Assembly (NCBI RefSeq): GCF_009914755.1
Contig: NC_060943.1
Strand: one strand, 5' to 3'
From: the human T2T-CHM13v2.0 reference genome, Homo sapiens
DNA length: 64,000 nucleotides
The position numbers were made by a program, and so were the translations under genes. The notes under the pieces were generated by a model. The model searched no databases. It saw only the letters and a program-made list of their open reading frames with translations, and had not been told where the DNA came from. This document shows positions 1-16,206 of this stretch, in pieces. The number at the start of each line of letters is the position of its first letter. Positions within the stretch are counted from its first letter, which is position 1.

Positions 1-1190
1 CTGTTGCCCAAGCTGAAGTACAGTGGTGTGATCTTGGGTCACTGCAACCTCTGCCTCCCAGTTCCAGTGATTCTCCTGCCTCAGCCTCCTGAGTAGCTGG
101 GATTACAGGTGCGCGCCACCATGCCCGGCTAATTTTTGTATTTTTAGTAGAGACAGGGTTTTATTATATTGGCCAGGCTGGTCTCGAACTCCTGACCTCA
201 TGATCCGCCAGGCTTTGGCCTCCCAAAGTGCTGATATTACAGGCGTGAACCACTGTGCCCGGCTTATTACCATTCTTTTATGGATCTTGTAATATTAAAA
301 CATGCATCTTATATACTGACTCTCCAATTAATTTCCCTTTGTTCTGATTAATGTGAACAAACAAAATAATTTGATTTGATTTTGCTGGTGGTGGTCCCCG
401 TCATGATGCCATGATTCATGACCATCAACAAATGACTTAAGTGACTTATCGTTCTCTGCCCTATCAGAAGTAGCTATTCTGAGGCAGTAAGGTCTCATCC
501 ACAGAGCACAAGACTGCATTTTAATTTTCCTGGTCCAAGCACCAAATTAATAAAACACAACAGCTAGTCTACTTGCTGCTTCCCACCAGCATCTCTGCAA
601 TCACTAAGTGTGCGGCTCCTTTAAGGCAGCTCCCAGGCTAGGCTGGAGACAGATCTATTGTTCTCACCCTCAGGCTGCCTGGAGAGTCACAAATATTTAA
701 CAAAGGAAGTTCCAGACTTAGGTGACAACATATATTATCACAGGAAGAAGTAGAAATCATAGTAATTTGCTGTAATCCTACAGAAGCGGATATAATCTTG
801 TTCTCTGGACTAAGAGTCACCTTACAGCAGAAGCTGAAAGGCCCTCTGATTTTCTAAGAATAGAAATTGCTCTAAGTAAAATGATGGTTTATTAGATCCG
901 GAAGTGATATAAAAATGGTTCTAGGAAAATGAAGTGAACTAAAATAAGAAGCTACAAATAGAGGAAGGCAGAAAAACTTGGTGATAATGTGAGGGGATAC
1001 AAACAAAAATTTGAGAGGTAGTCCAGGTTTGCTGTTGCTCCCAAGACTGTGCCTGCGGTGGCTGCAGCATCTTTGTAATTCACTGCCACTATTTCGGGAT
1101 GACTTGAGGATGATTGTAACCATGTTGTAGACTAAACCATTAAGGCAGCTGGGATCAGGGGCTCCATATTGCTTAAAATCTTTACAGCAG

Positions 1191-1192
<2 letters not shown>

Positions 1193-1249
<57 letters not shown>
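1193..1249. repeat. Compound (GT)n(GA)n microsatellite
   Basis: Read directly. Confidence 0.97.
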
Positions 1250-1252
<3 letters not shown>

Positions 1253-1749
1253 TTGAATCCAATTAATATATATATTTTGAGAGAGTCTGGCTCTGTCATC
1301 CAGGCTGGAGTACAGTGGCGCGATATCTTGGTTCACTGCAACCTCCACCTTCCAGGTTCAAGTGATTCTCCTGGAGAATCCCGCCACTGCACTCCAGCCT
1401 GGGTGACACAGTGAGATTCTGTCTAGAAAAAGAAAAAAAAAAGACATAGATTCTTGGCTGGGCGTGGTGGCTCATGCCTGTAATCTCAGCACTATGGGAG
1501 GCCAAGACAGGAGGACTGCTCGAGGCCAGGATTTCCAGACCAGGCCTGGGCAACATAGCAAGACCCTGTCTCTAAAAGAAGAAATTAGCCAGACATGGTA
1601 GTGTGTGGCTAGCTACTCAGGAAGCTGAAGCAGGAGGATCATTTGAGCCCAGGAGTTCAGGGCTACAATGAGCCATGATTGTGCCACTGCACTCCAGCTT
1701 GGATGACAGAGTAAGACTCTGTCTCAATAATAATTAGAAAAAAGAAGTA

Positions 1750-3510
1750 GATTTTTTTTCTCCATCCTTTGAATGAGAACTGGTTTATGACTTGTTTGAC
1801 CCATAAGATGTGGTAGAAATGATGGTTCATCAGTTTCAAGACTAGTGCTCATGAGGAATTTCATACTTCTCATTCTCTCTCTAACTCTATAACTCATCTC
1901 CACCATGAGGACAAGTCTGGACCAGCTTTCTGGAGGGTGGAAGACCATTCAGAGTGGAGGAATGTGGTCTCAGACAAGGCATTCAAAATCAGTCAGTCTG
2001 GCTGGGCTCAGTGGCTCACGCCTGTAAACCCAGCACTTTGAGAGGCCGAGGTGGGCAGATCACCTGAGGTCAGGAGTTTGAGACCAGCCCGGCCAACATG
2101 GTGAAACCTTGTCTCTCCTAAAAAATACAAAAATAAGTTGGGCTTGATGGTGCGTGTCTGTAGTCCCAGGAGGTTGAGGCAGGAGAATCGCTTGAACCCA
2201 GGAGGCAAAGGCAGTGAGCCAAGATTGCACCACTGCACTCTGGCCTGGGCAACAAAGTAAGACTCTGCCTCAAAAAAAAAAAAAAAATCAGTCAGTCCCC
2301 AGCTGACCTACCAACTGACTCTTAGATGCATAGGCTCAATAAGTGCTTCTTGTTTTATGCCACAGTGTTTGATATGATTTGCTATGCAGTATCATTGTGG
2401 CAATAGATAACTGTTAGCTAACGGTTGCAGAAATTGGTACCAGGAGCTGGGCACTGCCCTAACAAAATCCTCAAGTATGTGCCAGTGGCCTTGGCACTGC
2501 ATAGTGGATGAAAGGTAGAAAATCACAAAGGAAACTGTTAGCAAAGCTGCAGAATAGTGAGAAAATTGTTATTGGAGGCAGAAAAACTGGTGACCTATGT
2601 TATGATGTAGTGAAACGATTGCTAAACTATCGCCCGAGGTTACTTAGAAGATGGAAAGTATTTCTGATGAACTGTTGTATTTGGATAAGGGAACCTCCAG
2701 ACATAATGCTGGCTGCTCATGTGGCTGAGTATGATAATGCATACCAAGAGTGGGGTGAACTATAGGGGTTGACTGATTTTCTAGAAGAATTCAGGGGAAA
2801 TACAGGGGGACTATGACTTGCTAGGATGGAAAAGAAAACTTTTTCTCACTTCCAGTCTCTCCACCCACAATTTTTTTTTTTTTTTTAGACAGAGTCTCAC
2901 TCGCTCTGTTGCCCAGGCTGGTATGCAGTGGGGCAATCATGACTCACTGAAGCCTTGAACTCCCTGGGCTTAAGTGATCCTCCCGCCTCAGCCTCCCAAG
3001 TAGCTGGGACCACAGGCATGTGCCACCATGCACAGCTAATTTTTAAAACATGTTTTGTAGAGATGGGGTCTTGCCGTATTGCCCAGGCTTATATTGAACT
3101 CCTGGGCTCAAGCCATCCTCCCGCCTTGGCCTCCCAAAGTGCTGGGATTATAGGCATGAGCCATCGTGCCTAGCCACAAAAGATTATCAAGGTGAAAAAA
3201 AGCCTGTGAATATGGATCAAATTAAAGGTGTGGCCTTCTGACCCTTTGTTATGACTGTTGAAAATACAAAGGTAGTGCTTGGTGAAAAGCCGACCAGTCA
3301 GACAAAAGGGTTTCTAGGAAGCTTTAAGGGCATGCTCCCTCAGAAACCAGATCTTAAAACAGGAAGAAGTTGGTCTAGAGAGAGAGGGTATTTCTTGAAA
3401 ACAATAGTGATGTGGTTTCTGGAGGATGGAGTGAAGTATAAGCAGATAAATAGCAAGCTTACAAAGTTTGAAAGGGAATTGTATAGGCAGGACTGCCAGC
3501 ATAGACTTTA
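1750..3510 (+). mobile_element. MaLR (MLT1-like) LTR plus internal fragment, interrupted by Alus
   Basis: MLT1-type LTR 3' end (TTGCTATGCAG...GCAATAGATAAC) followed by AGAAATTGGTACCAGGAG, an internal-start-like sequence; family from recall. Confidence 0.6.
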
Positions 3511-3658
3511 AAATTTTTTATTATGTACTTTTTTTTTTTTTTTTGAGACAGGTTCTCCCTCTGTCACCCAGGCTGGAGTGTAGTGGCACAATCTCAGCCT
3601 CGCTGCAGCCTCCGCTCTTCAGGCTCAAGTGATCCTCCCACCTCAGCCTCCTGAGTAA

Positions 3659-3841
<183 letters not shown>

Positions 3842-4971
3842 TAATTCTTGGCTGGGTGTGGTGGCTCATGCCTATAATCCCAGCACTTTGGGAGGTTGAG
3901 GCAGGCAGATCACCGGAGGTCAGGAGTTCAAGACCAGCCTGGCCAACATGGTGAAACCCCGTTTTTACTAAAAGTACAAAAATTAGCCGGGTGTGGTGGC
4001 ACATATCTGTAATCCCAGCTACTCAGGAGGCTGAGACAGGAGAATCGCTTGAACCTGGGAGGCGGAGGTTGAGGTGAGCCAAGTTTGTACCATTGCACTC
4101 CAGCCTGGGCGACAGAGTGAGATTTTGCCTCAAAAAGAAAAAAAATTAAATTCTTTTAGAGGCAGAGTCTTGCATTGTTGTTCAGACTGAACACGAATAA
4201 TCAGATTGTTTGTTTCCTTGCTATTGAGTTGTTTGAGTTCCTTATAAACTTTGGATATTAACCTATTATCAAATGTATGGTTTGCAAATCTTTTCTCCCA
4301 TTCCATAGGTTGTCTTTTCACACTATTGATTGATTCATTTGATGGGCAAAAGCTTTTTAGTTTGATGTAATCTCACTTGTCTATTTTTGCTTTTGCTGCC
4401 TGTGCTTTTGGGGTTATATCAAAAAAAAAAAAAATAGTTCAGATCAATGTCAATAGCTTTTATCCTAAGTTTTCTTCTAGTAGTTTTACAGGCTTAGGTC
4501 TTATATTTAATTGTTTAATCCATTGTGAATTGATTTTTGGATGTGGTATGAGATCAGGGTCCAATTTCATTCTTCTACGTGTGGACTTTCCATTTTCCCA
4601 GCACCATTTACTAAAGAGATTGTCCTTTCCCTATTGTGTGTTCTTGGCAACTTTGTCAAAGATCAATGGACTCTAGATGTATGCATTTATTTCTCTCTTC
4701 TGTTCCATGGGTCTCTGGGTCTGTTTTTATGGCAGTACCATGTTGTTTTGATTATTCTAGATCATACTGAAGACTCTGACTCTGAGTAGGATGGTATGAC
4801 TGATGGAAGATAGTCGCAAATTCTTGGACACTCTTCCCCTTGATGGGTGGAGTTTAGTCTCTCTCCTCTTGAATCTGGGCTGGCCTTAGGCAGTCACTTG
4901 TGATGAAGAAAATGCAGTGAAAGCAACGCTGTGTGACTTCAGAGACGAGGCCAAAGGCACTCTTGTAGCTC

Positions 4972-5419
4972 TGAGATAGGAGGTGGGACCTGACTCCATA
5001 GGCGGGGCTTGGACACTGGACCAGACTGAAGACTAGGTAAAACAGGGCCGGGCAAAAGCAGCTTTTAAGCAGACACACCCATCAGTGTACCATGTCAATT
5101 TACTGTTGCCATGACAACACCCAGGCGTTACCACCCCTTTCCATAGCAATGACTCAATGATTACTACCCCTTCCCTAGAAATTTCTGCATAAACCGTCCC
5201 TTACTCTGCATGCAATTAAAAGTGCGTATAAATAGGACTGCAAACGGCCTGAGCAGCTACTCTCTAGCCCTACCTTGCAGGAGCAGTCACCGAGCTGTAA
5301 CATCGCCTCTTCAATAAAGCTGTTTTCTTCTATCTCTGGCTTGCCCTTGAATTCTTTCCTGGGCAAAGCCAAGAACCCAGCGGGCTAAGCACCACTTTGG
5401 GGCTCCTGGCCCTGCATCA
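4972..5419 (+). mobile_element. ERV1 solo LTR (MER66-like) nested in an MLT1-like LTR
   Basis: TG...CA termini, TATAAA ~5227, AATAAA 5313-5318, near-TSD GCTC/GCTT; resembles the MER66 consensus as recalled. Confidence 0.7.
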
Positions 5420-6419
5420 GCTTCTGCCTTGCTCTCTTCTGCCTTGCCTGCTCTTCAGACCTTCTCTCTTGGGTTGCTTCTTCTAGGAACCCGGCCCTGT
5501 GAAAAGCCCAAGCCACAGGGAAGGCCACATCATGCGCTCTTACTTTTCTTCCACCTTATTGGCCACTCTCACCATCATTGCTGCATTTATTCCAGCACTA
5601 CTCTATGTCAAAAAGCTTTACACACATAAGGTCATCTAATCTTCATCTAATGATCTCTGTTCCACCTATAATCCCTTCTTATATACTTTGTATTGATTTT
5701 GCAGAACATGGAAGCATATCTCTAATGGACTTCAAGCTCTAAAGGACATGAAATTGTCTCCATCCTTCTTCTCTTCCCCTTGCTTGGTAGCAGTTGAAGG
5801 ACACCCAGGATCTCAGCTCAGGGGAAAACAGAAGGTCATACTGGAGTCTGAGAACCCTTAGTATAAACTCTCTAACTCCTGGAAACACTGTTAAGAATTA
5901 TTGAAAGCGTGGAAATAAGGCTGGTCTGGAACTCCTGACTTCAGGTGATTCGCCTGCCTTGGCCTCCTAAAGTGCTAGGATTACAGGCGTGAACCACTGC
6001 GCCTCTCTGGAATTTGACCGTTTATGCTAAGGCATGTTGAGGCAGATTTTAGCCTCAGGTCTTCCAGGCCAATGGACCCCTCGCTTCTAAAAGAGTTCCA
6101 GCGTTGGGTTCTGATCATGTCCCAGTTTTTTGTTTTTTTTTTTTTAATAGAGACAGGGTCTTGCTATGTTGTTCAGGCTGGTCTCAAACTCCTGGCTCAA
6201 GCGATCTCCCGCCTCAGCCTCTCAAAGTGCTGGGATTACTGGTATGAGCCACTGTACTCAGTTTATGTCCCAGTCTTATTGGTTCCTGGGGGAGGAAATT
6301 GTTGGTTCCAGGTGTAGTTAGAGGTCAAAACGTTTTCTATTTTGCATGCTCAGGCTACATGACTTGCAATTTTGGTTCTGTTAAACCTACAAGGTAACTT
6401 TATTATTATTATTTTTTGA

Positions 6420-6515
<96 letters not shown>

Positions 6516-6895
6516 TAGCCTTCCGAGTAGCTGGGATTACAGGCATGCGCCACCACGCCCAACTAATTTTGTATTTTTAGTAGAGTCAGGGGTTTCTCCA
6601 CATTGGTCAGGCTGGTCTCGAACTCCCAAACGCAGGTGATCTGCCCGCCGCAGCCTCCCAAAGTGCTGGGATTACAGGCGTGAGCCACTGTGCTCGGCCA
6701 ACATTTTGTTATCAACAGAATAGGCCCAGTTTGGGCTGGTCCCACAGCTACAGCATCCTTTATTCAGTTTATATATCCTCAATTTCTCAAATTTTCTTTG
6801 AGCCAGTTTTACCATCTTGCCAGCTCCCTGATAAATGAGTTAAATAAGTCTCTGAACCATGGGTCACATTGTATTTACATGAGAATTTTTTTTAA

Positions 6896-7042
<147 letters not shown>

Positions 7043-7103
7043 TAAATAGCTGGGATTACAGGGATGTGCCAACACCCCTGGCTAATTTGTGTATTTTTAG
7101 TAG

Positions 7104-7283
<180 letters not shown>

Positions 7284-8367
7284 TAGGCCAATTCATCATT
7301 TTTTTTTCTTTTTTGACCCTGAGTCTCGCTCTGTCACCCAGGCTGTAGTGCAGTGGCACTATCTCGGCTCACTACAGCCTCTGCCTCTCAGGTTCAAGTG
7401 ATTCTCTTGCCTCAGCCTCCTGAGTAGCTAGGATTACAGGCCCCAGCCACCTTGCCCGGCTAATTTTTGTATTTTCAGTAGAGACGGGGTTTCGCCATGT
7501 TGGCCAGGCCGGTCTTAAACTCCTGACCTCAGGTGATCCGCCTGCCTTGGTCTCTCAAAAGTGCTGGGATTACAGGCATGTGCCACTGCGTCTGGCTCAT
7601 CTTTTCTTTTAGTGAAAGAAATAAAATGCAAGAACAGAACTTATCCTAAAGTTAAATCATCCTAGTTCACAAAAGGAGCCTGAAAATGATAGAAGCATAA
7701 GGTATAGGAGAAGTCCTTTCCCCTAAGTCACTGCTGCAAACAGATCCTGGAAATAAATATTTGCACATAAACCTCTAAGTAGAGGCCATGATCAGAACCC
7801 AACACTGGAACTCTTTTAGAAGCGATGGGTCCATTGGCCTGGAAGACCTTTCCCTGCAGTTTGAAGAGGAATAAATACCACCTCAAATAAGGTGATTTGA
7901 AAAGGTGTTAAACAGGCAGGGCGCAGGGGCTCATGCCTGTAATTCTGGCACTTTGGGAGGCTGAGGCAGGAGACTCTTTGAAGCCAGGAATTTGAGACCC
8001 ACCTGGGCTACACAGCCAGACTCTGTTTCTACAAAAACACACAAAAATTAGCCAGGCATGGTGGTGCACACCTGTGTGGTCTCAGCTACTACATAAGGAT
8101 GACAAATAAAAGGAATAAGTTGGCTGGGTACGGTGGCTCACACCTGTAATTCCAGCACTTTGAGAGGCTGAGGTGGCAGATTGCTTGAACCCAGGAGTCT
8201 GAGACTGGCTTGGGCAAGATAGCAAGACCTTGTCCTTATTATTTAAAAAAATAAATAAAAAAGAAAAGAATTACCTATGGTATTTTTTTTTAATTAGAAA
8301 GGCAGCCAACTTCCAGAAGAAAAATAATAAAATAAAATAAAATAAAATAAAAGCCAATTAAATCCCT

Positions 8368-8620
8368 TGTAGGGGCCAAGGGCTTTGGTCCTCTCAAGGT
8401 TGCTGACAAATCAATTTGCAAAGGGCAGATTAATTGGAGAAAAGGCATACAAATTTATTTAACATGTATACACAAGCACTTTCAGATTGAAGACTCAAAG
8501 ATACAGGAAAAATGGTTCATTTTTACGCTTAGGTTTGAAACCACTTTTGCATGAATGATAACAGTGAGAAAATTATAACAGTGGAAGAGATCTGATCTAA
8601 CCAATGCCCATCTTGCGATT
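8368..8620. mobile_element. ERV1/MER4-group LTR fragments (LTR8-like 5' end from ~8536)
   Basis: TGAAACCACTTTTGCA...GAGATCTGATCTAACCAA resembles the LTR8 start. Confidence 0.45.
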
Positions 8621-9197
8621 GTTTTTCTTTTGGTTTTGTTTTCGAGATGATGTCTTGCTGTCTCCTGGTCTGGAGTGCAAAGGCACAATCATGGCTCACT
8701 GCAGCCTCAATCTGGCGACACTCCCACCTGAGCCTACCAAGTAGCCAGGACTACAAGTGGGTGCCACCATGCCCGGCTAATTAATTTTTTTTTTTTAGTA
8801 GAGATAATCTTGATATGTTTCCCAGGCTGTTTTTGAACTCTTGGCCTTTGGCAATCCTCCCCCAGTCTGCAGTCTGCCTGCTTTGGCCTTTAAGGTGCTA
8901 GAATTACAAGTGTGAGCCACTGTGCTCGGCCTCCTCTCCTTTTTTGTGGCTATCTTGACACTGAGTTTTTGCGTAGTCCAGGCCAGTTGTTTTGTATAAC
9001 ATCCCATACTTCTGGGATTGTCTGATTGTTTTTTCTTTTTTTTTTTTTGAGACGGAGTTTTGCTCTTGTTGCCCAAGCTGGAGTGCAATGGCATGATCTC
9101 GCTCACTGCAACCTCCACCTCCCAGCTTCAAGCGATTCTCCTGCCTCAGCCTCCCGAGTAGCTGGGATTACAGGCATGCACCACCATGCCTAGCTAA

Positions 9198-9347
<150 letters not shown>

Positions 9348-9375
9348 TGATTAAACTGTCCTTTCCCCTAAGTCA

Positions 9376-9847
<472 letters not shown>

Positions 9848-10281
9848 TTACTGTCGGGTCAGGCTTCTGCCCACTAGAGGGCAGCCAAGTCAAAATCTTG
9901 ATAGAAACAAGTTCTAAAGACTTACCCAGATTTGCTATCTCTTCTGAGATAGTGTTTTTTTTTTCTTTTTTTTTCCTCTTTTTTTTTTGAAATAAGGCCT
10001 GGCTCTGTCGCTCAGGCTGGAGTGCAGTGGCACGATCTCGGCTCACGGCAACCTTTGCCTCCTGGGCTCAAGCTATCCCCCTGCCTCAGCCTCACGAATA
10101 GCTAGGATTACAAATGCATGCCACCATGCCCGGCTAATTTTTGTAGAGACGGGGTTTCACCATGTTGTCCAGGCTGGTCTTGAACTCCTGGGCTCAAGAG
10201 ATCCACCTGCCTTGGCCCCCGAAAGTGTTGGGATTACAGGCGTGAGCCATCAGGGGCGGCCTTCTGAGATTGTTAATGTGA

Positions 10282-10557
<276 letters not shown>

Positions 10558-11403
10558 TGACCTCAGGTGATCCGCCCACCTTTGGCCTCCCAAAGTGCTG
10601 GGATTACAGGTGTGAGCCACCGTGCCTGGCCCTTTTGAGTGTTCTTTTGGGACCCTGTCAGAGCAACTTACTAAGTACTTCCTCTATTGTTAACTTGTTG
10701 AGTTGATGTCTCCTCTGAAATTTTGTGTATATTTTGAGGAGATGGACTATTTCTAGAGGTCTCTCCAGAACTGAAACTGTGGTTTCCTGTAAGTCTACGA
10801 ATACTGACTTCTCTTTTTTTTCCCTTTGAGACAAGGTCTTGTTCTGTCACCCAGGCTGGTGCAATCATGTCTCACTGCAGCTTCGACCTCCTGGGCTCCA
10901 CTGATCCTCCTACCTCCGCCTCCTGAGTAGTTGGGACAATAGGCATATGCCACCATGCCTGGCTAATTTTTTTTGTTTTTGGTATATTTTGTAGAGATGG
11001 GGTTTTGCCATGTTGCCCAGGTTCTGACTTTTAATAAATAAGAAATTTGGTCTCTGTATCTTTCTTTTCCCCTTTATACTTCACTGAAGAAAATGAAGGT
11101 GGGCTTCTTCATGGGGCTGGGCCAGTAAAATTAGGCTACACTCATATAAGCATTTCCCCAAATCCTCCTAATACCTCTTGTGAAAAAGGGTATCTGCCAC
11201 ATAATACCATCAATTCTGTGACAAATTATTCTAACCCGCTGGTTCTCCATCCTGTCTGCACATTGAAATCACAGGGGAATGACATCTACTGATGCCCCTG
11301 TCTCTCTCTCAGAGATTCTGAGTGGGGAGGGAATTTGTGTTGGTGTAAGTGTGTGCCCCACAAGGGAAGGACCTGCCCAACACACCGTGTGCTTTGCCCT
11401 CAG

Positions 11404-13732
<2,329 letters not shown>

Positions 13733-14710
13733 ACTTCACCAAACTTCACAGGATTTTGGCTTTTGCTTGAAGGGGAAAAAGCAAAAGTGGTCATCACCAA
13801 GAGGGCCTGAGGGGTTTCATGGGAGGCATCAAGAAATCAAAGAGAATAAAGCTTCCTGTGGCACAAGGAGTGAGTGACAAGGTCCCTGGAATGTCTGACA
13901 TGACATTAGGAACAACGTCCATCTATAGCATGTAGTTGACTTCAGAGACTCTGACCCAAAATCCTCTGATTTGGGTCAAACCCAAATCAGAGATTTATCT
14001 GACCCATTAATCCTCCTTCCTTCTTGCCCTTTCTCCTTCTGCCATGGGATGATGTGGCACAAAGGCCCTGGCCAGATCCCAGCTCTGTGCTCATGGATTT
14101 TCCAGCCTCCAGAATTGTAAGCCAAATAAATGTTTGTTTGTTATAAATCATCCAGTTTGTTATAGCAGCACAATATGGACTTAGATGGTGGTGAAGCACT
14201 GTTGCAGGCCTGGAGGACAGAAATCACTGGTATAGGGAGAAATTCTACAAGTTGACCCAGACCCTACCAGGGGCTTACCTCCAGCCCAGTGCCTGAATAT
14301 GCTGAGGCAAGTGAACCAGGAGGAACTGAGAACAGAATCCAGGCTTCACTGGCTGCCTCTGTGTTGGTGACAGCAGAAAGACGAGTATAGGGTGGTGGCT
14401 GTGAGATGGCATTGTGCCATGGGAAGAAGTAGACCAAGAAGTGTTTCCTGGGCACTGAGGAGTGTCTTCTATCTCATGGTGGCCTCTTTACCAGCACAGC
14501 TGACCAGTGCATGGGTCCCTCTACCTCTCAAGATACAGGCACAGTGATAAGAAATAGTGCCCATGTAGGTCCTGGAGAAAAAAAAAGTCAAACCCAAGAT
14601 ATGTAACCTCCAGAAATGACTTTGGAAGTGCCTTTATTTATTTATTTATTTTCAGATGGAGTTTTGGTCTTGTTGCCCAGGCTGGAGTGCAATGGTGCGA
14701 TCTCACCTAA

Positions 14711-14965
<255 letters not shown>

Positions 14966-14974
14966 TGACCCCTT

Positions 14975-16070
14975 TACAAAGCTATTATAACAGTGTGGTG
15001 CTTGCTTAAGGAGAGGCACATATACCAATGGAATATAATAGGGAGCCCAGAAATAAACACTCACATACACATTCATGTGAGAGTCCACAGTAGGCCAAGA
15101 CCATCTCACTGGGAAAGGACAGTCTTTTCAACACATGATGCTGGGAAAACTGGACTTACACATGCAAAATAATATGGTTGGGGCCTTTATCTTATAACAT
15201 ATACAAAAATTAACTCAGAATGTATCACAGAATACATGTAAGACCTACAACGATAAAATTCTTTGAAAAAAACATAGACGCATATCTTCATGACATGAAA
15301 TTTGGCAATGATTTCTTGGGGATGACTCCAAAAGCACAAGTAACAAAGGAAAAAACAGATAAACTGGACTCCCTCAAAACTGAAAACTTCATCAAAGGCC
15401 ATTCTGGAAAAAGTAAACAGTCAACTCACAGAATGGAAGATAATTTGCAGATCAGATATCTGATAAGAGATTATTATCTAGAATAGAGACCTTCTACAAT
15501 CCAACAACAATGGCACAAATACTCTCCCGATTTAACAGTGACCAAATAACTTCAACAGACATGTCTCCAGAACAGATATAAAAGTGGCCAATAAGCACAT
15601 GAAAATATACTCAACTTCAGAGTCATTAGGGAAATGCAGAATCAAAGCCATAGTGAGATAGCACTTCACTCTCCCTAGGATGGCTGTTATTTTAAGATGC
15701 AAAATCACAAGTGTTGTGAGGATGTAGAGATACTGTAACCCTTGAATGTTGCTGTTGGGAGTGTAAAATGGTGCAGCTGCTGTGGAAAACTATATGGCAG
15801 TTCCTCAAAAAGGTCACCATGTGATCCAGCAACAGCACTTCTGAGTATACACCCTAAAGAATTGAAGAAAGAGACTCACGCTGATATTTGCACAGCAATG
15901 TTCATAGCAGCATGATTCACAACAGGCAAGAGATGGAAACAACCCCAATTTCCATCTACAGATATACGTACGATGGAAGATTATTAGCCTTAAAAGTGGA
16001 TGACATTTTGACGCTTGCTATCACGTGAATGAGTCTTTAAAACATGCTAAGTGAAATAAGCCAGACTCCC
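14975..16070 (+). mobile_element. Old L1 (L1M-type) ORF2/3' fragment in the 3' flank of copy A
   Basis: ORF 15220..15486 is L1 ORF2-like (DFLGMTPKAQVTKEKTDKLD). Confidence 0.85.
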
Positions 16071-16206
16071 CCTGAGGCTGTAGGTGCAGGCTGTGGGGAG
16101 AAGGTAACGGGGCAGGAGTAGGGGCTATGGACATTTGGACCCTTCCTCCTGCAGCTTTCTTGTGCCTTCAGGACCTGTGTAAGCCTGATCTCTCTGCCCA
16201 GTGAGT

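Noticed and set aside
11279-11320. PVSLS in ORF 11279..11593 resembling exon 2 (LPVSLSVG)
   Set aside because: Match is short and CT-rich, has no exon 2 splice boundaries, and aligns plausibly to intron 2 of copy B
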